Positions 19,500-29,125 of a stretch of 64,000 nt of DNA are shown in pieces. Where the stretch lies: contig OZ244048.1 in the NCBI GenBank assembly GCA_965215265.1, positions 1,728,001 through 1,792,000 of the forward strand. Reading direction: 5' to 3'. Below the pieces are notes generated by a model, which worked only from the letters and a program-made list of their open reading frames with translations, was not told the DNA's origin and searched no databases. The position numbers were made by a program, and so were the translations under genes. The stretch is from Candidatus Poribacteria bacterium (GTDB lineage: Bacteria; Poribacteria; WGA-4E; WGA-3G). The number at the start of each line of letters is the position of its first letter. The first letter of the stretch is position 1.

Positions 19500-20957
19500 T
19501 CACTCCAAATAATCCATCTCCGGTCGTAAGTTCCAGCGGTATGTATCGGCTGGTTGTGTGTTTCTTGCCCATGTGCTGAGAATTTGCGTGTCGATGCGTT
19601 TGGCTGTCATTTGCTGGACAATCAGGTCAAGGTTCCATCCGTCGAGTACTTTCTCTGTCAAATGTGTCAAGATTTCTCGGCATGCGGGTTCGTCTGCGAG
19701 GTCATTTAATTCGTGTGGGTCTTGCTTCAAGTTGAAAAGCTGCGGCGGCTGCCCGTGATAGTAATTTAACTTCCACTCGTCTTGTCGAATCATTCGTTGA
19801 TAGCATGCTTGGTCGGTACAGTATTCAGAGAAGGCGATATTTTGCCAGTTTGTGTCCGTCTGACGTATAAGGGGGAGGGTACTTCGTCCGCGAGCATTCG
19901 GCAAAGGTGGCGTTCCGAGTGCATCGAGCATCGTCGCGTTCAAATCCAACGAGCTAATGACCTTGTCACATCGTTTTCCGTTGGGTAGAACGCCGGGCCA
20001 AGAGAGAATGGCAGGTACCTTTACCGAATGCTCATAGAATGTCTGTTTCCACCAGAGTCCGTGCTCGCCGAGCTGCTCGCCGTGGTCGGAGGTATAGAGA
20101 ATTAGAGTGTTCTCATCGAGAGTGTTTTCTCGGAGTGCTGTTAGGATTTGCCCGATCATAAGATCCATGCGTGTGACCAATGCCCAATAGGCTGTGCGTG
20201 CGCGCAGGATTTCAGTTTTTGGGACTTCAACGATTCCACATTTTTGTCGCCACCATCGGAAGTGCGGATGCAATTTCCGTGAAAAAGGTTCTGGATTTTG
20301 TGGCATCGTCATCCGTCCGTGATAAATTTGATAATCCGCTTGGCGTGCGACGAAGGGTTGGTGCGGTAGCATAAACCCGACGGAAATTGAGAAGGGTGTG
20401 TCCAATAAGCCTACGCGTTTTTGAACTCCGAGTCGGTTGAGATACTTCACCGTTGCGGCTGTCACATCTTCGTCGTGGACCTGATATGCACTTTGTCCTG
20501 CGCCGGATTTTTGGAGACTGATGCGTGCTGGGCCGGCTGTTCCGGAGAGTTCGCCGTGGTCAACGCCTCTACCGCCTGGGTGATTCGGGCCGTGGTCGCC
20601 GACGAGCCGTTCGGTGTAGCCGTGCAGCTGATCTGGGCCGAGGGCGTGCATTCGTCCAATCAGCACAGGTTGATAGCCTGCAGCCCCCATCGCGTGGGCA
20701 AACGTCGGAATTCCGGAATCCAAGATGTGGCTGTTCGTCCATACGCCGTTTTCATAGGGGTATCGCCCGGTTAACATGGACATGCGCGATGGTACACAAA
20801 TTGGTGAAGGACAATAGACGTTTTCAAACACGATGCCTTCGGAGGCAAGCTTATCAAGATGCGGGGTTTGGACAAGCGGATCTCCGTAACATCCTGTTAC
20901 ATAAGGGTTGTGCTGGTCAGAATGAATGTATAATAGATTGGGCATTGAATTTCGCAT
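19500..20957 (-). CDS. Sulfatase (choline-sulfatase-like)
   Basis: SDQH, CVPSRMSMLTGRY, GRMH, SDHGE; exact start uncertain. Confidence 0.92.
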   Translation of the reverse strand: MRNSMPNLLYIHSDQHNPYVTGCYGDPLVQTPHLDKLASEGIVFENVYCPSPICVPSRMSMLTGRYPYENGVWTNSHILDSGIPTFAHAMGAAGYQPVLIGRMHALGPDQLHGYTERLVGDHGPNHPGGRGVDHGELSGTAGPARISLQKSGAGQSAYQVHDEDVTAATVKYLNRLGVQKRVGLLDTPFSISVGFMLPHQPFVARQADYQIYHGRMTMPQNPEPFSRKLHPHFRWWRQKCGIVEVPKTEILRARTAYWALVTRMDLMIGQILTALRENTLDENTLILYTSDHGEQLGEHGLWWKQTFYEHSVKVPAILSWPGVLPNGKRCDKVISSLDLNATMLDALGTPPLPNARGRSTLPLIRQTDTNWQNIAFSEYCTDQACYQRMIRQDEWKLNYYHGQPPQLFNLKQDPHELNDLADEPACREILTHLTEKVLDGWNLDLIVQQMTAKRIDTQILSTWARNTQPADTYRWNLRPEMDYLE

Positions 20958-20990
20958 TTCAGTCTCCTTGGTAAGCCTCTCTGGATTTCT

Positions 20991-21072
20991 ATTATACATA
21001 AGTGAGGTTTTTTGTCAAGAGAATATGGATTTTCATGATAGACTTGACAGTAAATGTGATGTGTTGTATCAT
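20991..21072. promoter_or_regulatory. Divergent sigma70 promoters
   Basis: - strand TTGACA-16-TATAAT (21018-20991); + strand TTGACA-17-TATCAT (21044-21072). Confidence 0.7.
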
Positions 21073-21114
21073 GAATAACATGAATAGCATGAATAGCATG
21101 AATAGCATGAAAAC
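21070..21114 (+). repeat. 9-bp tandem repeat (CATGAATAG)x~5
   Basis: Read directly from the sequence. Confidence 0.9.
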
Positions 21115-21185
21115 GAATGCGATCGGAATCTTGCGGTAAAATCAAAAAAACCTCAAAATTTACGGATACAAAGGTGGAACCAAAA

Positions 21186-23090
21186 ATGAAACATGTATTT
21201 CGTATGCTATTTCTGCTGCTTGTTTTTGTTTTTCAATCACAAGCAGAAGAGGTATTAGTCCCAGACCCACAATTACGTAGCGTTATCAGAGAAACGCTCG
21301 AACTGTCTGACGACACCATTTTGACGGACTCTCATCTTCAGTCGCTAACCAATTTAGACAAGTGGGAGGCAGGTGTCCGAGACTTAACGGGTCTTGAACA
21401 TGCTACCGAATTGAAATACTTGTCGCTCCAGCGGAGTTTTATACAGAATTTATCACCGGTGTCGGGCTTGATACAACTCAAAGGTCTGTATCTGGGTGGG
21501 AATGAAATCACAGACGTTAGTCCACTTAGCGGTCTTATCAATCTTGAGGCACTACATCTATGGGGCAACCAAATCAGAGATTTTGCACCACTTGCGAGTC
21601 TTGTGAATCTTAGAGAACTACATATAAGCAGTAATTTGGGGTATGACATTAGTCCGCTTGCGCATCTAAATATCACTGATTTTCAATATGAAATATTTTG
21701 TGAGATTCATAGCTCTCTTGTATCGGAGCGAGTCGAGAATCGCGATTATCCATCAGTTTTTGCTGCATGGGCAAACATTATCAACATGCCCACGCTATCG
21801 GATGCAGACCGGTTAGCGTATCACGATCTATATATGTGTTGTCCCCTGTTTGGCTTACGCTTTGTTGAGACTCTGGGCGGCATCCAATTGGTTGGGGATA
21901 TTTCGGAGGCAATAAAGCAACGCGAAGCATTACAAGAACAAAACCCGAATCTCATAATGCTTGTTGGTATCCCATATTTTAGTGGTGTAGGGGTGGGTGG
22001 TTATCCAGAAGATTGGGCTAATTGGCTGCGCGACGACAATGGTAAAATAGTGATTGACCCATTTTGGCAAGAAGCACTACTCGATTTCACGTTACCCGAA
22101 ACACAAGCATGGGCAATAGCACATGCAGCAGCTGTCGCACAATGCGGGCTTTTTGATGGAATCTTTTTAGACCACTGGAATGAGGACAGTAGACTTTACC
22201 CATACCGAAGCGTAGAAGTCGAACACACAGCAAGGGACGCTATACTACAAGGGATACGCGCTGAAGTTGGCGATGAATTTCTGATTATGGTGAACACCAA
22301 CGAAGCGAAGATCCCAAGGTGGGCATCGTATGTCAATGGCACTTTCATGGAAGCATTGCCAAATATATCAACGGAATTCAACGAGTTTCAGGGCCGTGGC
22401 TATACGCGCGATGGGCTTCTTGAAATCGAAAGCACGCTCATTTGGTCAGAAGAAAACTTGCGTGAACCCCGGATCAACGGACTGGAAGGGTGGGGTCTGA
22501 TTGAAGAACCGCCGGATTCGCCGCGCAACCGGCAATGGATGCGTCTGTTCACCACGCTCAGCCTGACACATTCAGATGGTTATGTGTTGTATGTGCTCGG
22601 GAGCGGGAGTTTAGAACATGAGCATCCCTGGGACAATGCGTTTTTGTCAGCAACTTACGGGCATGTGAATCAAGTATCCCATGTCCATGACCATGACCAT
22701 TATTGGTATGATTTTTGGGATGCCGAGCTCGGTAAACCGATTAGCGGAAAGGCACAACGCTATGACAACCGTGATGGTGTATTCATCCGGGAGTACACCA
22801 ACGGCTGGGCTGTCTATAACCGGAGCGGCAAAGAACAACAGATCCAACTTCCAGAGAAAGTGTCGGGAGTTGCAAGCGATGTAGTAGGCACACAGCATGT
22901 GCTTGCTGATTTAGATGGGGAAATTTACCTGAAAGTCAAAGTTGTTGTTGCGGATCTCAATGGTGACGGCATTGTCAGTATCTTGGATTTAGTGATTGTG
23001 GCGAATAACTTAGGGGAGACAAGTCCTGATCTCAATGGCGACGGCGTGGTGAATATTCTTGATCTTGTGCTTGTCGCGAACGCTTTCTAA
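21186..23090 (+). CDS. Secreted LRR + putative glycoside-hydrolase-like domain + dockerin protein
   Basis: Signal peptide, internalin-type LRRs, FDGIFLD motif, two DLNGDG.V.ILDLV dockerin repeats. Confidence 0.82.
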   Translation: MKHVFRMLFLLLVFVFQSQAEEVLVPDPQLRSVIRETLELSDDTILTDSHLQSLTNLDKWEAGVRDLTGLEHATELKYLSLQRSFIQNLSPVSGLIQLKGLYLGGNEITDVSPLSGLINLEALHLWGNQIRDFAPLASLVNLRELHISSNLGYDISPLAHLNITDFQYEIFCEIHSSLVSERVENRDYPSVFAAWANIINMPTLSDADRLAYHDLYMCCPLFGLRFVETLGGIQLVGDISEAIKQREALQEQNPNLIMLVGIPYFSGVGVGGYPEDWANWLRDDNGKIVIDPFWQEALLDFTLPETQAWAIAHAAAVAQCGLFDGIFLDHWNEDSRLYPYRSVEVEHTARDAILQGIRAEVGDEFLIMVNTNEAKIPRWASYVNGTFMEALPNISTEFNEFQGRGYTRDGLLEIESTLIWSEENLREPRINGLEGWGLIEEPPDSPRNRQWMRLFTTLSLTHSDGYVLYVLGSGSLEHEHPWDNAFLSATYGHVNQVSHVHDHDHYWYDFWDAELGKPISGKAQRYDNRDGVFIREYTNGWAVYNRSGKEQQIQLPEKVSGVASDVVGTQHVLADLDGEIYLKVKVVVADLNGDGIVSILDLVIVANNLGETSPDLNGDGVVNILDLVLVANAF

Positions 23091-23329
23091 TGGGAACTAA
23101 AAAGACTTCAGATATCCATCTAACCCTTAGGGCAAGCAGGAGCGTCACATTGTGGACACTCAAAGACAAAGCAGGGAATATTACGGGTGGAAAGCTGTCA
23201 TCCGAGGCGAGTGCGAGCGGAAAAGAGAAACTCTATCAGCAATTTCTCTATATGTTCGAACTGATGTTGACCGAGAAACCAGAAATAATGAATTCTATCA
23301 AAACCCTTGGGTTAAAATCAGGAGTGTAA
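23090..23329 (+). CDS. Hypothetical small protein
   Basis: ORF coupled by a TAATG overlap; no recognised motif. Confidence 0.35.
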   Translation: MGTKKTSDIHLTLRASRSVTLWTLKDKAGNITGGKLSSEASASGKEKLYQQFLYMFELMLTEKPEIMNSIKTLGLKSGV

Positions 23330-23376
23330 GAGCATAACAAGCGAAATAATAGTTTAATTTTAGGGAGGGGATTCCA

Positions 23377-24189
23377 ATGGACACTATGAATGGGTTTGTC
23401 AATGGCCAGTCAAATAAAATATCAGCGCATCCGTTTCCATCGAGGTGTCCGGAGGTTGACATCGTTGAAAGTGCTGAGTGCATCACGGAAGTGGATTGTC
23501 CGGAATTGCAATGGTGGTTCACAGTTCCACAGATGGGCGAACCTTACTTTTGGGCAGGGTACGACGCAGAAACGAAGCAACTGGCTGAGGTAACAGAGAT
23601 AATTCCTGTTTTGCCTGCAACTATACGAGGTTTTGATTGTGTTGAGCTGCGGGTAAAGCGCTGGACGGCACAAGATGACAGTCCGGCTGGCCCGGATTTG
23701 ATGTACGCCACATTAGATGCAGACACAGCAAAGTGGATTGCGATTGTCAACATGTTAGATGGCAGAAAGATTTTTGACACAGTCGGAGATAATTATTTTG
23801 AATCGGATTGGGGTGGCGCGACGAGTCGGCGCATCGTTGACGATGGACGTTACCAGCGGCAGCCCGACGGGACATATAAAATTGGCGATGGAGAAGGCAG
23901 CGGTGCTGGCACATATAACGTAACCATCGGTGAAAACACCTTCCACTGTCTCCGCGTTTTAGATATTGATACTTCCGAACCGGAGCATGGTGGGCTCAAT
24001 GAGGTGTTTATTGAGAAAGGCGGACGCACCGTCTTGCACAGACGTTACCATGGACGATACGTTCTAGAACCCGATTTAGTGGAGAAATTGCCTAATAATC
24101 GTCGAATTGTGGTTAATGATAAAATCTATGTGCATGCCGATTTTTCGGGTAAGGCACACGATGATATTACGCAGACAGCGTTGGGGTAA
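23377..24189 (+). CDS. Hypothetical protein resembling the C-terminal extension of some ECF sigma factors
   Basis: GGAGG RBS; ELQWWFTVP..GE..WAGYD, Y.VTIG..F.CLRVLD, GRTVLHRR pattern recognised from memory. Confidence 0.6.
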   Translation: MDTMNGFVNGQSNKISAHPFPSRCPEVDIVESAECITEVDCPELQWWFTVPQMGEPYFWAGYDAETKQLAEVTEIIPVLPATIRGFDCVELRVKRWTAQDDSPAGPDLMYATLDADTAKWIAIVNMLDGRKIFDTVGDNYFESDWGGATSRRIVDDGRYQRQPDGTYKIGDGEGSGAGTYNVTIGENTFHCLRVLDIDTSEPEHGGLNEVFIEKGGRTVLHRRYHGRYVLEPDLVEKLPNNRRIVVNDKIYVHADFSGKAHDDITQTALG

Positions 24190-24281
24190 CCTGCTCGCTG
24201 TTCAGGCACTATGGAACGGACAGAGTAAGATAACTGGCAGCACAATGTCATAAGGTGTCATAAGGCAATCAGTTCAGTTTT

Positions 24282-25109
24282 ATGTCGGGACATGCTATGG
24301 CTTTTCAATTTCAGGATTCAATGGTAGATGAATATCTTTCGCAAGGGTATTTAGTTTTTCGAGGGATTGTTCCGCCAAGCTTGCTCACAGATTTGCGCCG
24401 TGAGGCAGAGAAAGCGAGAGACTTAGCGCATGCGCTTAGCGGACCTCAAACGCAGCGAATTCAGCCGTTATCAAACTATGCTGAGGAGTTAAATCTGCAG
24501 CCTTTTTATGACTATACCGAACTGCCTGAGCTTCGTGATGCAATTCAACGTTTGCTCGGTGCCAATTACACGCATGGGCATGTTGATATTATGGGGCTGC
24601 TCGTTGAGCCGCTTGAGCATCCATGGCATATCGGTTGGCATCGAGATGGTGTTGTTGAAGTGCCGCCCGAAGCACGGGATGAGAGTGTCACTGCAAAGTT
24701 GGCAGAAGTCTGGTACGATTTACGGCACTTCAATCAAGTAAACTGTGCGATTTATGCGGATTCCTGCACGTGGTTTGTCCCCGGCAGCCATCTGCGACAA
24801 TGGGATGTGGGTGGGGAACGGCAGACAACAGGCGACGCGAAACTACGAAGACCTGCCGAAGGGATGTCTGACGTTGAAATGGAGCGGTTGTGTCTTGAAC
24901 ATTGCCGGCAATTTCCTGGTGCGGTTCAGGTGCATCTCGGTCCGGGGGATTTCATGGTGTATAGAAACCTTGCGTGGCATACCGGAAATTACATCCCCTA
25001 TCAACCGCGTGCAACGATTCACGATGTTGTTCGGTATGAAGGGAAAAAGGATTGGACAGATTGGCAGCAGACAAAGTTGGAAGCGGTTAAACGCATGAAA
25101 GAGAGATGA
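24282..25109 (+). CDS. PhyH family dioxygenase
   Basis: QGYLVFRG, WHRD, VPGSH, AWHTG. Confidence 0.85.
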   Translation: MSGHAMAFQFQDSMVDEYLSQGYLVFRGIVPPSLLTDLRREAEKARDLAHALSGPQTQRIQPLSNYAEELNLQPFYDYTELPELRDAIQRLLGANYTHGHVDIMGLLVEPLEHPWHIGWHRDGVVEVPPEARDESVTAKLAEVWYDLRHFNQVNCAIYADSCTWFVPGSHLRQWDVGGERQTTGDAKLRRPAEGMSDVEMERLCLEHCRQFPGAVQVHLGPGDFMVYRNLAWHTGNYIPYQPRATIHDVVRYEGKKDWTDWQQTKLEAVKRMKER

Positions 25110-25213
25110 GATGTCTCGGGCCCTGGGGGAGGCCTCCTCACCCGAGTCAAAGTGTCTAAAGTTTTTTTGGTAAAAGATGAATGCTTGGCGATGAGGTTAG
25201 AGGTTAACGGATA

Positions 25214-27298
25214 ATGAGAGCAAGTCACTTATCGGTTGGATATGTTACGGTGATTGTGTTAGTGGTGTTACATCTGCTGCCGGTCTGGGGTTTCAAGTAT
25301 TTTCCGACTCAAGATGGGGCGAGTCATATTTATAACGCCTATGTGCTGAAGGAGTACCACAAGCACGAAAACTACCGGTTACGGGAAGTTTATGAACTAA
25401 ATCCGACCTTCTTCCCGAATTGGACCTCGCATGCGCTGCTAGTCGTACTGCTGTATGTCTTCCCCCCGCTTGTCTGCGAAAAGATAGTGCTGACTCTCTG
25501 TATTGGGCTTCTACCGTTTGCACTCTTCTATTTTCTCAAGGGTGTTCAGAAGAGGAACCTGGTTTTTGGTCTTCTTGGGTTTATGTATGCTTACAACTAC
25601 CTGCTTCACATGGGTTTCTACAATTTTGTTCTCAGCATGTCTCTGTTTTTCTTCACTCTTGGCTATTGGTGGAGAGTTAAAGATAAGCTGCGGGTGGCAA
25701 ACATTGTGTGGCTCTATCTCTTATTGTTGGCGACTTACTTCACGCACTACCACTCCTATGCGCTGCTTCTTGTATCGCTGACGTTCTTCGCACTCTTTTC
25801 ATCGGTTTTCGATGTGCTGTACGGTGTATGGGGTTCTAAGGAAACATCACAGCCGCTGATGCATCGCTTCAAGGCGGGCGTGACAAAGCTCAAACCGGCG
25901 TTGACTTTCCTCGGTACGCTTGTGCCTGCGTACTTTATTTTGTTCTCCTACTATCTCTACCTTGCGGATAGCCATGGCGGTGATAGTAGTCATAAAGGCT
26001 TTGAATGGCTGATGGACTATTTCTTTGGTATGAAATCGCTTGTCGCGTTTCGGGATGAGCACGTGTTGATTGGGCGGTTGCTGCTTGTATTTTTTGCGGT
26101 TGCCTTCTTGCTCACAGTGATTCACCGGATTCGGGATTACTATCAAATAGAATCGGAGCGAGGTGGTGTGCGTCTCTGGGTGTGCGTTGTGCGCCCAATG
26201 GATGGGTTTCTGATTATGGCAGTGCTCACCACCGTGATGTATTTTATAGCCCCGTGGTCTGGTTACAGCGGGGGTTGGATAAATGATCGGTTTCATTTAT
26301 ATATCTTCATGATGTTGCTTCCGTTCTTTGCGGTTAATCTGCATCGTTACATAAACTATGGAGTAGCAGGGGTCATCATTGCGCTATCCTTGTGGCATCT
26401 CGGTTACAATGTTCACACCTACGCATTACTGAATAGAGACATAGCGAATGCTCTGACATCGGACGGTCTGTATAAGAGAGATACGATTCTCACGAGTGAA
26501 CCGGGGGAATGGGGTGGGTTCTCGGATTCGCTCGGTTTTGAGCCGAAGTACGTTGAGCCGTTCGGGCATATTGAGTGTCTGCTCGCGTTAAAAATGGGTA
26601 TAGGCTATCTTGACAACTATGAGGCGGATACCGACCATTTTCCGCTGCGCTACAAGCAAAAAGAACTTCCAGCTGACTTTGCGATTATATGGCGGACAGA
26701 ATATGACGATGTCGCGGGTTTAGAGCAAGAGTATGAGCTTATCCATTCCAATGACTATAACCGCCTCTATCGTCGTAGGCGTGCAGCACCGAACCTTGAA
26801 ATGTGGGGCGGGCGGACCGCCATCACATTTGATATGCAACCGGATGATGGAGAGCTCGCAACAGGGCACATCGCTGTGTCTGCAGATACGGTTTACACCG
26901 ACGGTGGATACGGTTGGCTGGTCGAATCAGAACGAGATGACTTTATAGGTGATGCGGCAGTTGAACAGCCTTATCAGGATAGTATCCTTGGAAAAGCAGA
27001 TGGTGTGTTTAGAGTAGCACTGCCCAATGGTACATATAAAGTAACCGTCCATTTGAGTGCTGTGGAATCAGAACCGCTGGAGCTCAATCTTATTGCGAAC
27101 CGGGCGCAGCAGATTAAGCGGCTGCGGCTTCCTATTGGAAACGAGAGGGTTGATAGGCATTACACTATCACGATTAGCGATGAACATCTAACCCAGGTGA
27201 TATATACCCGCGGGAAAGGCGAGTATAAACGTTGGGGTTGGTGTGGGTTTACTGTTCAATCCATCGATGGCGGGCCGCGCTTGCGTATTCCGGAATAA
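25214..27298 (+). CDS. Polytopic membrane protein (GT-C glycosyltransferase-like) with C-terminal beta-sandwich domain
   Basis: PTQDGASH, MGFYNF, ~11 hydrophobic segments, GYGW...FRVALPNGTYKV. Confidence 0.65.
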   Translation: MRASHLSVGYVTVIVLVVLHLLPVWGFKYFPTQDGASHIYNAYVLKEYHKHENYRLREVYELNPTFFPNWTSHALLVVLLYVFPPLVCEKIVLTLCIGLLPFALFYFLKGVQKRNLVFGLLGFMYAYNYLLHMGFYNFVLSMSLFFFTLGYWWRVKDKLRVANIVWLYLLLLATYFTHYHSYALLLVSLTFFALFSSVFDVLYGVWGSKETSQPLMHRFKAGVTKLKPALTFLGTLVPAYFILFSYYLYLADSHGGDSSHKGFEWLMDYFFGMKSLVAFRDEHVLIGRLLLVFFAVAFLLTVIHRIRDYYQIESERGGVRLWVCVVRPMDGFLIMAVLTTVMYFIAPWSGYSGGWINDRFHLYIFMMLLPFFAVNLHRYINYGVAGVIIALSLWHLGYNVHTYALLNRDIANALTSDGLYKRDTILTSEPGEWGGFSDSLGFEPKYVEPFGHIECLLALKMGIGYLDNYEADTDHFPLRYKQKELPADFAIIWRTEYDDVAGLEQEYELIHSNDYNRLYRRRRAAPNLEMWGGRTAITFDMQPDDGELATGHIAVSADTVYTDGGYGWLVESERDDFIGDAAVEQPYQDSILGKADGVFRVALPNGTYKVTVHLSAVESEPLELNLIANRAQQIKRLRLPIGNERVDRHYTITISDEHLTQVIYTRGKGEYKRWGWCGFTVQSIDGGPRLRIPE

Positions 27299-27374
27299 AC
27301 CGAGAAACGTTAGCATTGTATCGTGGGCTGGTAAACCGGGGTGTCGGCGATTGCGGCGAGAAACACCGTGATTG

Positions 27375-27403
27375 GATGTATCTGGTGCGGTAGTTTGCCT
27401 CAT
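27375..27403 (-). pseudogene. 5' stub of a type A nuclease gene (MRQTTAPDTS) with its own promoter
   Basis: First 10 residues and the upstream ~65 bp match those of 5027-6121; then similarity is lost. Confidence 0.8.
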
Positions 27404-27518
27404 CTATCTGCTTAGGCGCTTCACTTCTGATAATAAAGTATAGCAGCCTCTCTATTATTTTGTCAAGACAACCTTCACGTTTTGCCTCGCAGGGCGGCCT
27501 CGGTGCTTCTCTGAAAGC

Positions 27519-27560
27519 AAAAAAAACCAGGGGCAGCCATATGAGGGTGGCTGCCCCTGG
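27519..27560 (-). terminator. Intrinsic terminator
   Basis: CCAGGGGCAGCCA/TGGCTGCCCCTGG stem plus A8 run. Confidence 0.85.
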
Positions 27561-27602
27561 TTTAGGTTAGTTTAGTTTAGTTTAACTTAGCATTCACAGC
27601 GT

Positions 27603-27683
27603 TTATTCTTCCGATTTGAGCGTTGCCCAGCGTTCTGTGAGTTTTCCGTCTGCACTCAGATACCCTCTCAACCGCGTCTTCTG
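27603..27683 (-). pseudogene. Orphan fragment of a surface-protein 3' end
   Basis: Translates as QKTRLRGYLSADGKLTERWATLKSEE*, directly after the nuclease TAG. Confidence 0.85.
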
Positions 27684-28931
27684 CTACGTGTCGGTGTGGT
27701 TGTCAGCTGCCTCCAGCTGCCGCACGAGTTCCGCGCGCACCTCCGCAGATAAATTCTGAATCTCCGCCGGCGACAAACTCTGAAATGCCTTGACGCGCTC
27801 CTCGGGACTCAGGCGTGCCAACATATCGGCCCGTTCTGCCGCGGGTAGACTCGCTAACATATCGGCCCGGTCTGCCGCAGATAACCTTGCTAACATGTCC
27901 GCACGTTCTGCGGCGGGTAAACTCGCCAACATATCGGCCCGGTCTGCCGCAGATAACCTTGCTAACATGTCCGCACGTTCTGCGGCGGGTAAACTCGCCA
28001 ACATATCGGCCCGGTCTGCCGCAGATAACCTTGCTAACATGTCCGCACGTTCTGCGGCGGGTAAACTCGCCAACATATCGGCCCGGTCTGCCGCAGATAA
28101 CCTTGCTAACATGTCCGCCCGGTCTTCAGCAGGCAGCCGTGCGAGCAGATCCGCCCGGTCTTGAGGACTCAAGCGGGCGAGCATGTCCGCACGCTCCTCC
28201 GATGTCAGCGCCGACAGCAGCTTCGGACCTAAAGTCGTCGCAACTTCGCGAAGACGACTCTGAAAGAAATCTTGACGGCCTTCCATTTCACAAACCTCCT
28301 CCGTGACTTCCGGCTGCAAATACAACGCGGAGTCAAAATATAACGTATTCTCTTCTGTTATCACCCGCCGCAGGAACGCACGAAACTGTTTCTGCGACGA
28401 CGCAAACAGCAGCAACCAATAATTCGGCTCAACCAGTGCCACTTCATTGCAAACCAACAGATGCACCGGCACGCCATCCATCAACCGATAATGCCCCGCC
28501 GCCAACGGCTCCCACGGCTCCCCAAAAGGTGGGCGGGAGAGCAGCGCCCGCGGCTTCCGAGACGATACTATCGTCAGGGTTAACTCGGTTGCAGGCACCT
28601 GCTTATCTGCCAGATAACCACGCGCACGCATACAAATCCGGTGATACGCCGATTCATTCAACGGGTCGTTTTGTCCTTTGAATTCAAACAGATTATGCGT
28701 GCGTAAGTAAGAGAGCAGCGGGTTGGCACGCACTCTCGCGCGGGCTGCGGCGCTTTCGAGGAGAGCGAGTGCATCTATACGCTGCGGCAACCGGTTCACT
28801 TCTATCTCTGTCTGGATAGAGGCACCCAGCCCAGAGAAGGGTAGGGCGAGGAACTCTTTGAAGAAAGGGTCCCAGAGTTTCCGTTTGCTTTGTGTTTCTT
28901 TAGATGTCTCCGGCACTGTCGTTTGCCTCAT
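27684..28931 (-). CDS. PD-(D/E)XK nuclease-family (Rpn-like) protein, type A, with expanded 12/24-aa repeats
   Basis: Same N-domain as 5027-6121; (ADMLARLSAADRADMLASLPAAER)x4. Confidence 0.8.
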   Translation of the reverse strand: MRQTTVPETSKETQSKRKLWDPFFKEFLALPFSGLGASIQTEIEVNRLPQRIDALALLESAAARARVRANPLLSYLRTHNLFEFKGQNDPLNESAYHRICMRARGYLADKQVPATELTLTIVSSRKPRALLSRPPFGEPWEPLAAGHYRLMDGVPVHLLVCNEVALVEPNYWLLLFASSQKQFRAFLRRVITEENTLYFDSALYLQPEVTEEVCEMEGRQDFFQSRLREVATTLGPKLLSALTSEERADMLARLSPQDRADLLARLPAEDRADMLARLSAADRADMLASLPAAERADMLARLSAADRADMLASLPAAERADMLARLSAADRADMLASLPAAERADMLARLSAADRADMLASLPAAERADMLARLSPEERVKAFQSLSPAEIQNLSAEVRAELVRQLEAADNHTDT

Positions 28932-29051
28932 CTATCTGCTTAGACGCTCCACTTCTCATAATAAAGTATAGCAGCCTTTCTGCTTTTTTGTCAAGGCCGT
29001 CTCCAGATTTGGCTTCTCAAGGTGGCCTCGGTGCTTCTCTCTATCCAAAGC

Positions 29052-29091
29052 AAAAAAATAGGGGCAACCACTTGTGAGGGTGGCTGCCCCT
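29052..29091 (-). terminator. Intrinsic terminator of surface protein gene 29126-31828
   Basis: AGGGGCAACCAC/GTGGCTGCCCCT stem plus A-run. Confidence 0.8.
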
Positions 29092-29125
29092 GGTTTGGGT
29101 TAGGTGAGTTTAGCATTCACAGCGT

